Shown here: positions 39,268 to 51,591 of the stretch, piece by piece
Position numbering within the stretch: position 1 is the first letter of the stretch
Layout: every line of letters starts with the position of its first letter
Origin: Girardia tigrina
Lineage: Eukaryota
Direction of reading: 5' to 3'
Assembly: GCA_001938485.1 (NCBI GenBank)
Contig: MQRK01217690.1
Span: 1-57,089, forward strand
Length of the DNA: 57,089 nucleotides
Made by a program: the position numbers and the translations under genes
Notes under the pieces: model-generated
The model's database searches: none
The model's input: the letters and a program-made list of their open reading frames with translations, nothing else
What the model was told of the DNA's origin: nothing

Positions 39268-40431
39268 ATCTCAATAATTAAATCAAAAATTTGAATATAG
39301 ATACAAAAATATAAAAATCAAGAACGATTCTTTCCTCGGATTTTGCAATTGAAATTGAGTCTGTTTGTGTTGTTAATAAATATTTTCAAGCAAATTGTGA
39401 TGTTACTAATACGTAAATCTCTAAATCAAATATAAATAAATTATGACATATCAGCTTAAGTTCCTCAAATCTAGTGTCAAAATCCATTATCAAGACTTAA
39501 ATAACACCCGGTATATATAGTATTGCATATAAAGTATTGCACTGAAAAGTCAACTCTAAAACTAATTAGCTTCATTAACTGAAAATGTAATCGCATTTAA
39601 TCAAATTCCAGATATGACAGACATATTTATCAAAATTACAGAAAAAAATACTTATCAAAAATATAAATAATGTAAATCAATATGTTTAAAACTTGAATAG
39701 TTGCTTGTATGAAGAGATCGTTACGGTTATTACTAATATTCTTCCAATTTTTGATACGAAAATATAAAATTAAAAAGAAAGCTCGATTTTCATTTTAATC
39801 TGTAATTTTTAAATTTTATATTTTGCAATATAATAACCAAAAACTATTTTATAAAAAATACAGAAACGCACTTATAATACTGATAAAAAAATAATAAATA
39901 TATTTATATTGAATTAATTTATTATTCATTTTAAATTACATTTTTGTTAATATTTGTTGTGTACTTTTATTATTCTTGTATTATTTCATGACACTGAAAC
40001 ACAACTAATAAAGTGTTTGTTATAATTTTGAGAAATACGATTGGTTAAAATAATATTAATACCCAATCAGTTTAATTGAATATTTTATTTAAAGATACTT
40101 TTATCAAAAATATTTTATTGTAATGTGTTAGAACTTTTTTTAATGTTTTTTCTGTATATTGAAGACAAATTCATAACTTCTTATGTTTTGGATTATTAAG
40201 TAAGGTAATAATTCTATTCGTTTATGATTAGACATAATTAATTATATTTTAATATTGTTTTAAACTTATTATTCATTTTATTTTAAATATTATATATAAT
40301 AAAATATTTTACTAATGAACATTTTAGTATTTTTTTAAAGTGCTAAATATAAATTTAAACGTAGTAAAATGTCAAACAAAGTAAAAAATTTTATCATTTA
40401 TGTAAAATAAATAATAATAATTTAGTTTATA

Positions 40432-40437
<6 letters not shown>

Positions 40438-40482
<45 letters not shown>

Positions 40483-40532
40483 NNNNNNNNNNNNNNNNNN
40501 NNNNNNNNNNNNNNNNNNNNNNNNNNNNNNNN

Positions 40533-40578
<46 letters not shown>
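40438..40578. repeat. (TA)n microsatellite spanning a gap
   Basis: Direct observation. Confidence 0.95.
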
Positions 40579-40582
<4 letters not shown>

Positions 40583-43500
40583 AAATTTTAATATTTATTG
40601 CTTAAAACTCAAAAATTATAATATTAGACAAAATGTTATAATTATTTCATTTTATCTATTATAATAATTGTTAAAAAATATTAATATTATTTTCTCGAAA
40701 ACATATTTTATTATGTTATAGTTAAAATCAACATTTTGTAAAAAATATGACAATATATTTAAAAGAAATGATTTAATTAAAAAAAATCAGAGATTATTTA
40801 GTAATAATATTAAAATTACTTTTATGTATAGAAGAAAACAAAATTTTTATTTCTAAAATTATTTTCTAAAAAAATAAATAACAAAAAACGATTGTAAATA
40901 AAAAACAAGTTTCATTTTTCAATTTGAAAAGAAATGTCCAAAGAAATTCGGATTTTAGCTTTTGTAAAATTTCATTTGAACATAAAATTCTAATAAATAA
41001 TCAAATTGAATTTCCTCAAAGAATTATTATTTTTTGTTAATTAATCCCAAAAAAAATAAATAACTAATTTAATTTTTTTTATTTTTTTTCGATAACACAA
41101 TAAAAAATCAATCAATTCATCATATATTATTATTTTTTTATTATTAGTATAATAATAATAAATATAATAAGAATAATTATTATTAATATTTTTAATTTAT
41201 AAAGTGAGTCATTTCTTTCCACTACAATTATCTTTGAGTTGGCAGAGCCAAAGTTTCTTCATCACCGACTTTTTTTCAATTTTTAAAGAAATTCCAATAA
41301 AATATTTAGTAAAATCTAATTTTCAATTGATATTTTCCTAAAAATAGGATTTTAGAACGAATTTTATTTTTAATAAATAATAAAACCAGTATTATATTAA
41401 TGAAATAAATTGAAAAGTAAAGATAAATAAATACAAATATATGAAATTTATTTTTATAAAATATTAAAAAAAACATTAATCATAATTTCAATTTTTAAAA
41501 TAATGATGTTTTTCAGAAATTATGATTTATATATTTATTTCTTTACGTGAAAAATATAGCCACATTTTACTGTAAAATATAAAAAAATAAAAAAGTAAAA
41601 ATGAAAGAATAGCTATAAATAAATACAAGGGATACATTATGAGTGGATACGTTTATTAAAAATTAGATCATCTAAGTTTGTGACAAGAAAATAATAATTA
41701 ATGTCTTTTAAATGATGGGTACCACAGGGTACGAGCCACTTTTGAGATCCATTAGTTTTTAACAAAATATTTATCTTATCATTCAGAAATGTTCGCTCAG
41801 TTTCGTTAAGGTTCCGATATTATTACCTATAATTATTACCTATAATTAAATAATTATTACTTAAAATATCTTCTAAATTAAAAGTTTCAACATGTTCAAA
41901 GTTCGTAACCCCTTGAAAATAACAAAAGTTTCTATCACATGTTTGTTTGAAAACTTTTTCAATAACATATTTTTATACAAATAACAAAGATTTGTCTTTA
42001 TTTTATAATTTGTTTGCTTGTACCAAAGGAACTTATTCATCTAAAACTTGAACCTTAATGGAAGTTTGGAACATGTTCTTTAGTCATCTTTGATTTATTC
42101 CATTCTTGCAGCAATATGATTAAAACCTCATTTTAAAATGTTTTAATTTTATGAACCTTAATCTATCAGACAAATTCCTTTTACATTTTGTTAATGACAT
42201 TAAATTAATGTTATTATTTATTAAAATTAATAACTTTCAAAGAAATTTTAATTTGAAAATGTATTAAATTTATTTTTGAATTATTTTGATAATTTAAATT
42301 ATTTTTTAACATGTTTAATGATTATTAATGTATAAATTTTAATATTTGTGTAATATAATTATGAAGATTTTGTTAATTTTCATTCTGCTGATTGAGATTT
42401 TAAAAATTAATAATATTAAATAGATTTACAAAATATTAATTCTAGATAACAAATTAAATATAAAATTATAAAAATTGAATTAATTTTTTAAATGATTTCA
42501 AATTAAATTAGAGAAAAAGATTTTTAATGAAAGTAAAATATTATTTCTAATTTTAAAAATTAGGATTTATTTTTAAAGAAGAACTAAATTTAGTTTTATT
42601 TATTTGGTTAAAATTTTTATAATTTAAAATTAAAGACGGGTAATTATGATTTTAAAAAATCTAAATAATTTTGTAAAATTAATAGAATTTTTTGGGGTAA
42701 ATTAAAAATAAAAATAAAAAATAAAATCGGGGAAATAAATATTAATTTAAAAAAAAGAAGCGGAAAATTTTTTCAAATTTGTGTTTCATAAAATTACGTT
42801 TTTGCCTAATTTATAATTATTATTTTCTTATCAATTAATTCTAATATTGATCTAACTAACAATAATGAAATACAGAATAAAGATCTAACACAAATAACTT
42901 AATAATTACAATAGAAAATAAAATTATTTATTTTTATGAAATGTATAAAAAGATAGAAATAGTTTTCAAAATATGATTACAAAAATCTTTTTTGGATTTT
43001 TTAAAAAATATTTAGAATATTTTTGTTTTAATTTAATTAACTTATAACTAACAATTATCTGTCTTTTGATAGAAAAAAAATATTAATGAATTATTAATTT
43101 GAGAGGAAAGAAATTTAAAGAAAACAAATATTCAAAGAATACAGTTTTCTTTTTCATATAAATTAAACAAAAAATAATTGATAAATTATTCGATTTGAGA
43201 ATTACCATATTAATAATTATTTACAAGAGGAATTTCCTATTAATTAATTTTTTTTAATATTAAAAGCGATGTCGATTTAGCTTCAAAGGTAAAATACCTT
43301 TTTGAAGATACAATTTTGTCTTTTTTCTATCGGGATTAATCAGTGTTTTAATCAATTTAAATTAAAAACAAATTAATTTTAATTTAATAACTAATGATTT
43401 TTATGTCTATGTCCGGGTGGTTGTATTAATTTTTTTTAAATTGAAATTTCTCTCAATATTTAAACTAATTTCGTTTGTTAATAGATTTTATTTTTATTAA

Positions 43501-44178
43501 TATTTTCTCTTAGGAATTTCAAAGAAATTTGAAGAATTTTTTTTTAAAAAATATTTTTCATTAATTTCGAAACATTTTTTTTCTAATATTAAAAAATGAT
43601 TTTTTATTATGGGAAAATTAGGAATTAATTTGAATAATTTTTTATGAATTTATATCAACTTTTGAAGACAGGTAATGAAATTTGATGAAGGGAAACTGAA
43701 ATTGAAAAGTCAAATTAATAAAAGTAATTAGCAAATAAATTATTTTATTAAAAAAGTTTTTCTTAATTTTTGAAAATATATTTTAATTTTTCCATCTGAA
43801 ATGATAATTTTAAGTCAAATTTTAAAAGCATTAGGAAAACGTTTTTTTAAAGTTTATTTCTCAAATTTTCCTTTGTTAAAGAAAGTTTTAAAAAATTTTA
43901 AATTTCTTTTAATTGTTTCTCATCATTAAAGATTTCGGATTCTTTGAATTGTTTCAATGTTTTATAAATGTCTTTAATGATATTTGCTTTAGTTTCCTTT
44001 TTTTAAAAATGTTTACTTATAAAAGAATCGATAAAGTTAGTTATAAAATGTTTATTTTTTCTTGTCCTTTAAAGCAGTTTATTAACTTCGATTTAAAAAA
44101 ACAGAAAAAAATTAAAATGTATTTTAGTAATCTTAAGTTTCATTTAAAAATGATAGATTATTTTTTTCTGTTTGTTAT

Positions 44179-45112
44179 TGTTAGCAACATGACAATTTGC
44201 GTGAAAACATTCATTAACAACACAAAAGGACGCATTTTTACAACAATTATTAGTAACGCTTTCTTTAGTAAGCATCTTTTGCAATGGAGATATATTTTGT
44301 ATATTTATTCTAATCTTGATTAAAGAAAAAATTAAAAAGTTAATAATCTTTAATTTCTCAAAATTTTATGGGGTAAAAATATATAAAGTAAATTTTAAAA
44401 TAAACAATAGCTTTTTTAATTACAGTCTACTTCGGCTAATTCGAACCACCAGCTAAACCGAACAAAGAAAAAATCTCTTAATTTTTCTAATATACTTAGC
44501 GCTGGCTAAACCGAAAAACAGACAAAACCGAAAACCGAAAGACTTTATGAGAATGGGCGCAATAGATACCTTGTACTTTTATTCTTCTATTCCGAACAGT
44601 ATAATAATTGCATAATATATATTGCTTACTTTAAATCATTACTTTTTAAGTATTTTTCAAGTCAATAGTCATTTTTTTTATTTCTAATAAACATGCATAA
44701 AAAATTTGGTACTAAACTTACTTTTTTATTATGGGGAGCAACCTTTGTTAAGTCTATTAGGCCAATTTTTATGTCAATTCGAACAGTTATTCGGATTACT
44801 CGATTTCCGGCTAAACCCAACGTTTTTTGTGCATTTTGGGTGTTCGGATTACCTGGAGCAGAATGTATATTAAATGTAAGAATTTAAATTATTTACTGAA
44901 AATTATTATTAAAATTTCAAATTGAAAAACCTTTAATTAATAATTTTATTTATTTTTAGTATTTATTTAATGTATTTATTATTTATTTATAGTATTTAAA
45001 GATTAATCTCATTAGACTTAAATAATTAATCAATAACATATCAATCCCATCTGAGTAAGATCTAAACATCATACAAAGAACAAACTCACAACATTCACAA
45101 TTTACTCTCACA
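44179..45112 (-). repeat. solo LTR (TGTGAGAG variant) interrupted by a MITE
   Basis: TG...CA ends, flanks GTTAT/TTTAT, ACTCAGATGGGAT motif, homologous to 35020/39411. Confidence 0.78.
44423..44865. mobile_element. pogo/Tigger-type MITE
   Basis: TA|CAGTCTACTTCGGCTAATTCGAAC ... GTTCGGATTACCTGGAGCAGAATG|TA, with subterminal CCGAA/TTCGG repeats. Confidence 0.7.
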
Positions 45113-45779
45113 TTTATCAAGGTTGATAAATAATCATTTTAAAACGAATATTATTAATTCAAATTAAATCAGTCGCGTTCGTACTTTTCAAAAGGTAACA
45201 ACGAAAGTCGGTTTCAATCTCTAGAGATACCGTTCCATTTCTCCTAAACTGAAGTGAACATTTACAATTTCTGATTAATCTCAATTAATTCCAAGTTGAT
45301 TGTTTAATAGTTCACAGTAGTTTTAGTATATTTATCAATCAATATCTAATTTCTCTATCTAATATACAATACTCCACCAATATATTTACTCAGTACATTC
45401 GAAAATTTAATTATGCTCTAAATCCAGATTTATTTTTTCCGATAACTTTATCTATCTGGAATCGTTATTCTTATTTATTAAACGTATATTCACTAGTCAT
45501 CTAACTAAAAAAAAGAACCATTTATTTGGACCAAACTTATGCTGTTGGTGGACAGTTATTCCGATTGTACTATTCAAAAATTTAAAATTTTATTAAAATC
45601 TTTCTCCGTGTCTCACTTTCTTGTTGTAGTGTTATCTATTCTTCTGATTTTTTATCTTAGTTAATTATATTATATTTATTACTTCAAAATTCTTAGTTTA
45701 TTTAATTATTTATATTATTAAAAGGAACCTTTTAAATCACTGTTTTGATTTATCAGGTCTCTTTATATTTTTAGTCTCA

Positions 45780-46250
45780 TTATAGTTAAATCAAAACATC
45801 TTTAGACAATTAAAAAAATATACTAAAATTAAAACTGAAGCAGGAAATGGATGGAAAGAAAAAAATAAATCAACTCATATTCTTATGTAAGCTCTGTTTA
45901 TCCAAACTTAGTTTTATTTCATAATCATCAAAATAAATTTTTATTTCCTTGAAACTATTCATACCTTGCATTTTGGTACAAAAAAACATCATATTTTTCA
46001 AAGATCTACTAAAAAAGGTACAAGATTGTTATATAAGGTAACAAGAATGTCACAGAAAGCATATTTTGCCTATTCATAAATAGGCAAAATCCAATTTTTG
46101 GAAAGATCCCTTTAGATATAGCATCTCCAGTTATAATAAAATATGTAATCTTAAAATAACAAGGTGAAAAGGAACTGTTATTATGTTTTCCTAAAAGGAA
46201 AATAGCCCAATAACTCTAATTCATAACAATGCGCATCTTTCATAAACCTT
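45780..46250 (+). pseudogene. very decayed integrase-like remnant
   Basis: ETIHTLHFGTKK and downstream QECH- and LDIA-like pieces. Confidence 0.3.
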
Positions 46251-46508
46251 TTATATGCTACTTTCAACTTCTTTGGAAGAATGATGTTTTCTTTTCTTCA
46301 AATGTATATTCATTCCTTCTAATCTTTTCTGACTAATGTGTTTAATTTTCAACTTTCTGCAGAATGTTAACTGCAAATTCTATTTCTTTGACTTAACATT
46401 AAGTTTAATTATTGCAGAATTTGAATTTTATATTTCAAAAGGCTGGTTAGAAATATTGAGAATTATTGATCTTGAATATTTGTTGTTGAACAGAAGCGAT
46501 ACACATGT

Positions 46509-46952
46509 TGTGAGGAATATTTTGATTGGTTGATGTTTTGTGTTTAAATGTTGTGTGTTGATTTGGGATTGTGCCTCTCCTACTCAGACGGATGATTAAT
46601 ATTTTAATTCCTATAATCTGAAATTATGTAATGTTTATATTTATTTCTAATTTAAAATAATTTCGAATTTTTTTAATAAGTTTTAACATTTTATTTACTT
46701 TTAATCTTTAAATAATACAATTGAATTATTTTTTTTCAATAATTAATAATCATTTTAATTTTTAACTAATAAAATTTTGAATAAGTATTTTAACAATTTA
46801 TGTAAATCTCAATTTGCTCAGATTATAAGATTAAAGTCATTAATTAGTTAGACGGATGCAATTGTGCGAAAGTTTTGACAAAGAATGTTCTGAGAACAAT
46901 CAAACTTGTAATATTAATAAAAATATTAAGTCATGTTGGTGTTCTTCTTACA
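46509..46952 (+). repeat. solo LTR, TGTGAGG group
   Basis: TGTGAGGAATATT...CTTACA; CTCTCCTACTCAGACGG motif. Confidence 0.85.
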
Positions 46953-47306
46953 TATGAACTTTGCTCTCTACTAGAAAAGGATTCACGAAAATGTTAACAA
47001 TAGTGTTCAAATGTGTTATAGTCCAGCGTTTCTCAAAGTCCATGACAACGCGATCACAGAAATTAATGGGCAATGACTTCGAGACCTCCCCATGCTTGAT
47101 TTTCAAATTTTTGCATTAATATTTAGACAAAATGATTTTTATATACATAATATTAAAAATAAAAAGTTAAGCATGTGCTACATACATTAATTAAGTATTA
47201 AAACTAAAGAAGTTAATCCAAATTTTTATTTTGACAATACTTAATATAGTAATAATACATTCACATTTTTTATTTATATTTTAAGTCCTAGTGGTTTTTA
47301 TGTTGT

Positions 47307-47654
47307 TCATACTCTAACTAATTTACCTACTCTTCTTTCTATCGAATTAGTCAAACTAATTCTCATATTCGGCGCTACATTAACAAGCCTATTTCGATAC
47401 TTTGTTTTTAGGGCTACTAACGCAGGAAATCCAGCTTCTGCTAAATATGTAGTAGAAAAAGGAAGCAATATTTTTATAGCCTTTTCGCTTAACGCTGAGA
47501 ATTCTTCCTGAACATCCAACCAAAATTTGGTCAAACTTCTTTGTTTAAATAGCAATTCTAAACATTTGTCTGTTGATAATTCAATTAAATGCTCTTCATC
47601 TAATGAAGACAGAATATTTTTTTTGCATTGCATGAATGTATTCTGTATCCACAA
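47307..47654 (-). pseudogene. hAT transposase C-terminal dimerization domain
   Basis: KFWLDVQEEF..LSEKAIKILLPFSTTYLAEAGF..KTKYRNRL. Confidence 0.9.
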
Positions 47655-47671
47655 TGTGTATATATATTATA

Positions 47672-49898
47672 CAGCGTAAGCTGCTTACTAGGACCACATT
47701 TGTCCAAAGTAAAACTGGTCCCATTAACCGAATGGTACCTTAAAGCGAAGTGTTTTTATTTTTAACAATTTGTTTCTTAAAACTTTGAAAATGCTAAATG
47801 TAATCACATATTAATCCATATTACTTGAAGCCACGTGAAAAATCAAAAAACATGTTTAATTAGAAATCTAGAAAAAAGTGAATAAAATTTATTTTAAACA
47901 ATATCAAAAATAGGCCTAGCACTAACGAAACTCTGCTACTCAATTGTTTGGAAGAAGTCAGTCAACTTTAATTGTTTTCTTTTATTGCTGGCTACTTGAG
48001 ACACAGACTGATGCACCAGCTCCAGAGCACCATTGGTTCCAGCGTTACCTTTGTTCTGAGCAAAGAAAAGTTTCAACTTCTCAACACATTGTAATGCTTC
48101 GTTAACGGAAAAGTGCCGCTTTTCTTCTTCTGAGCCACTACTTTCGTTAATATCGAAGACTTCATGTTCAGTAAGTCGATTTTGAATAATTCCTTGAACT
48201 ATTTCTTCTTCCATGACAGCTTTTCGACACTGAAGATTCACATCGACATCACAATAGCTTTTAAATTCCTGGCTATCCATTCCAACGTCAATGCCGTTGA
48301 ACTCATTGAGGAGTTCAGTAAGGAGAAATCCATCATCAGATGATTCTTTGCAAAAAGTGAATCCAGCTTTTGCAAAGCAATTTGCAATCGTTTCATATAT
48401 TATAGTCTTTCAACTGGATGCAAGTATCTGCAGTGCTGTCAAGAGGTTGAGTTTTCGAGACAGATCAATCGCATTGAAGTTTTCCGTTGGAGCCGCATCG
48501 AACTCTCAAACAATTTTCTGAAGAACGAGCTTGTGGTAAATTGTTTTCAAATTCTTGATGATCCCTTGATCCATCGATTGGATAATAGAAGTTGTGTTGT
48601 CCGGGAGAAAGTGCAGCTTAATGTTTGAACAATTCTCAACATTTGGATGAGCTGAACAGTTATTAAGAAATAGAAGTACCTTTCGTTTCTCTCTGTGAAG
48701 GTGCGAATCCCAGTTTATCAGCCACTCTCTGAATATCACTGAGGTCATCCATGCATTTTGATTATGTTATATTTTGATTATTCCACGGGAAGTTGGTTAA
48801 CCCCTTTAAATCATCGCGAGTTTTTACTCTTACCAATGACAAGTAAAGGGCGACAATCAGATCCAGTCATGTTGGCGCACAAATGAACAGTGATACGATC
48901 AATTGCCTCTTTTGATCCAGCCAGTGCTTCAAAACGAAAAGTGAAGGTTCAATCTGGCGTGGCTCTGTAGTAAATGCTTGTTTCATCAGCATTTTAAACG
49001 TCTTCTGGAGCAAATGAGTTAAAAATTTGAGGGATAATATTGTTGACCCATGATGTGGTTTCTGGAACATCAGCGTCTTTCTTTTCACCATGAGCAACTT
49101 TATAGCAGATGCCATTGTGGTTTCTCCATCTACTGAGCCATTCATCAGTTGTTTTGAATTCGACTTTTCCATTCGATCAGCCAGGTCTTTCGCTTTTGTA
49201 AGCAGAAATGGTGCAGAGATCGAAATGTCTCGATATCTGGCCTCCCGAAACCACTGCAAGAGAGCTTCATCCACTTCAGTGTCTTTAGATTCTCGCCGAC
49301 GCTTTCTCTGAGGTCCCCCAGCTGTTCCTTCTATTTTTTGGCGTTGTTATTGCAATCGAAGAATTGTTGACTTAGATATATTTAAAGCAGATGCTAATTG
49401 ACGTTGGCTAAATTTTGGAAACTCATCCATTTTGCGAATAAGAGAGAGTTTATATTTCTGTGAAATTGTCGAGGCATTTGGATAAAATAGATCACTTGGT
49501 ACAGTTGAGCAGCAACAAAAAAAGATACCGGGTTACAAATGATAAAAATCCAGTTTTTTTGTGGTGATGTGTATCTAAATTTAAAAAAATTAAGTTTTTT
49601 AACATAATTATCCGACTTTCCCTTATCTAAATTTGAAATGTCGATCCACACAGTATTGAGTGAATTTAAACAAATTTTATTTTTAAACAAAAAATTATTA
49701 ACTATTAAAAAATTATTAATTAAAGAAATATTTGGCTGTTGTTTGTGTACTCAGTGGTCCTATTAACCGGATTTTGTCGGTCCTATAATACGATTAATTT
49801 TACATTATTTACATAGGAAATGATTCGGTCCTACAGAATTTGGTCCTATTTGGCCACTGATCCCATTAACCAGTGGTTTCATTAAGCGGCTTCCACAG
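47672..49898 (-). mobile_element. Tigger/pogo DNA transposon, full length, decayed transposase (about 49440-47936)
   Basis: TA TSD, about 26-bp degenerate TIRs; CENP-B HTH (DEALLQWF), LFLNNCSAHP, QSMDQGII, C-terminal PIP-box-like KQLKLTDFF. Confidence 0.92.
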
Positions 49899-50482
49899 TA
49901 TTAGAATTTAATTTTTCATTGTCACGCAACCATTTTATACTACCCGCGACCACATTTGTGGTCGCGAACCCCTGTTTGAGAATCGTTGTTATAATCTGCC
50001 TTTTAAACTCTTTTAGGACTTCTTAAAATTATCTAAAGATTATGTAGTTATTCATTATTAAGGTAAATACTCCATTTGTCTGATGTCAGTCTCAATAATT
50101 TACCATATCAAAACTTTCTGAAAAAGCACTTGCAATTATTATATTTTAATTTATATTATTAGGTGTATAACTTAGTTTTATGGATTTTTTTTGCGGAACA
50201 GACAAGTTTATTTATATGACATAATAAGTTTTATTCTAATCAAAATATTTTCCATCGTTAATTATGACTTTCGACCATCTTTCAGGCAAATTATGAATTC
50301 CATCGAAAAAAAAGTTTTGGTCTTTTGATGCGATCCATTGTTCCAGCAATTTTTTTATATGTTCCTGGTTTCTGAAGTGCTGGTCCCGAAGAGCGCTTTG
50401 CATTGATCGGAATAGATGATAATCTGATAGGGCACAATCTGGTGAATAGGCAGCATGCGGTAGAATTTCCCATTTAAGTGCT

Positions 50483-51591
50483 GGACAGGAAACCATGTCT
50501 CCACGATATTTTAGGCTGAGAATAATTATTTCTCATTTTACAAGTTGGTTGAAATGTGCCTTTCATTTTATTGAGCAAAACAATGAGCGGAATTCCATCT
50601 CGTTTACGCAATTCAAATTTACAAGAGTCTTCACTAACACATACAGTCTTAGTATCACTGGAAATTGTTAAATCAATTTTTACGGAATTATTTTGGTCAT
50701 TAGAATCTTTTGTATTCTCAGAATGATAATTACGGTTTTCAAAATCATCGTCACTGATACTGGATGCCATTTTATTATTCAAGTTTTCCATTATTTCGTC
50801 TTCTGTCATATTTTTATATTTATCACAATTTTTTGTCGATTTTTCTTCAATTTTATTATTTTTTTTGCCTTTTATTAATTTTCAATAATCACTTTTAATT
50901 CGAATGTTAATAATAATCAAAAAACAAATTTGAGAGAACCGAATTTTTTTTATTTTTACGAAAACTTAACATTAATCGGAATTGATTTAATTGTGACAAC
51001 ATTTCATTTTAAAAAAAATTACACACTACACACATACTTAAACCAATCACATTCCACATTAAACAAAACATGCATACACACTTACATGCAATCCCAAGGT
51101 TCATTCAATCAAATTACATTACATAATCACACAAACAAAGATACATCAACTTACTTACCAGGCAGACATTAACCGCAATCAGAACAAAACAAAAATGAGG
51201 CTCACCATTCATAATTTACATTTTAGATTCCAAAATGACCAATATTTACAACGACCATTTGACGTTTCTGATGGAAAGTTTTTTTGATGAATTGATTAAA
51301 TTTGTAAACATGAATATCAATTGTTGTAAGATAGAAAATTTGGTAATTTTCTTAATGTCTCATATAAAACTTGAAAAATTGAACAACAATGACATTTATT
51401 CGCATCTATTTGATGATGAAAATTNNNNNNNNNNNNNNNNNNNNNNNNNNNNNNNNNNNNNNNNNNNNNNNNNNTATTTATTTATTTAATTTCTTTTATT
51501 TACTTAGTTAATTAAAATATGATTTATTTAATTATTTTAATTTCTGAAACTGGCAAAAAAATGTTCGGTCAAATTGACAATTCTCCGCTCC
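50483..51591. mobile_element. unclassified insertion inside the mariner ORF
   Basis: Flanked by direct repeat AAGTGCT (50476-50482, 51592-51598); ends GGA...TCC; contains an N gap. Confidence 0.65.
51151..51218 (+). pseudogene. possible U1 snRNA-derived fragment
   Basis: TACTTACC.GGC, TTAACCG..ATCA and TGAGGCT..CCATT in U1 order, compared with a remembered metazoan U1 sequence. Confidence 0.35.

Larger units (their letters stand above)
35020..39411 (+). repeat. solo LTR (TGTAAGGG variant) split by the Gypsy family B insertion
   Basis: 35020-35339 carries ACTCAGATGGGAT; 39273-39411 ends TGTGTTGTTAAT...GCAAATTGTGATGTTACTAATA; both halves match the LTR at 45112-44179. Confidence 0.75.
47024..49988 (-). 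mobile_element. hAT (Buster/Charlie-like) internally deleted transposon carrying a nested Tigger
   Basis: TIRs CAGCGTTTCTCAAA / TTTGAGAATCGTTG; 8-bp TSD TTATAGTC/TTATAATC with central TA. Confidence 0.88.

Noticed and set aside
40600-43900. Long extremely AT-rich tract with a TGAGTCA site near 41207 as promoter or exon 1 of the receptor gene
   Set aside because: Cannot be supported without transcript data.
43913-44323. 136-aa Phe/Lys-rich ORF
   Set aside because: Low-complexity AT-rich frame, partly antisense to an LTR end; no domain signal.
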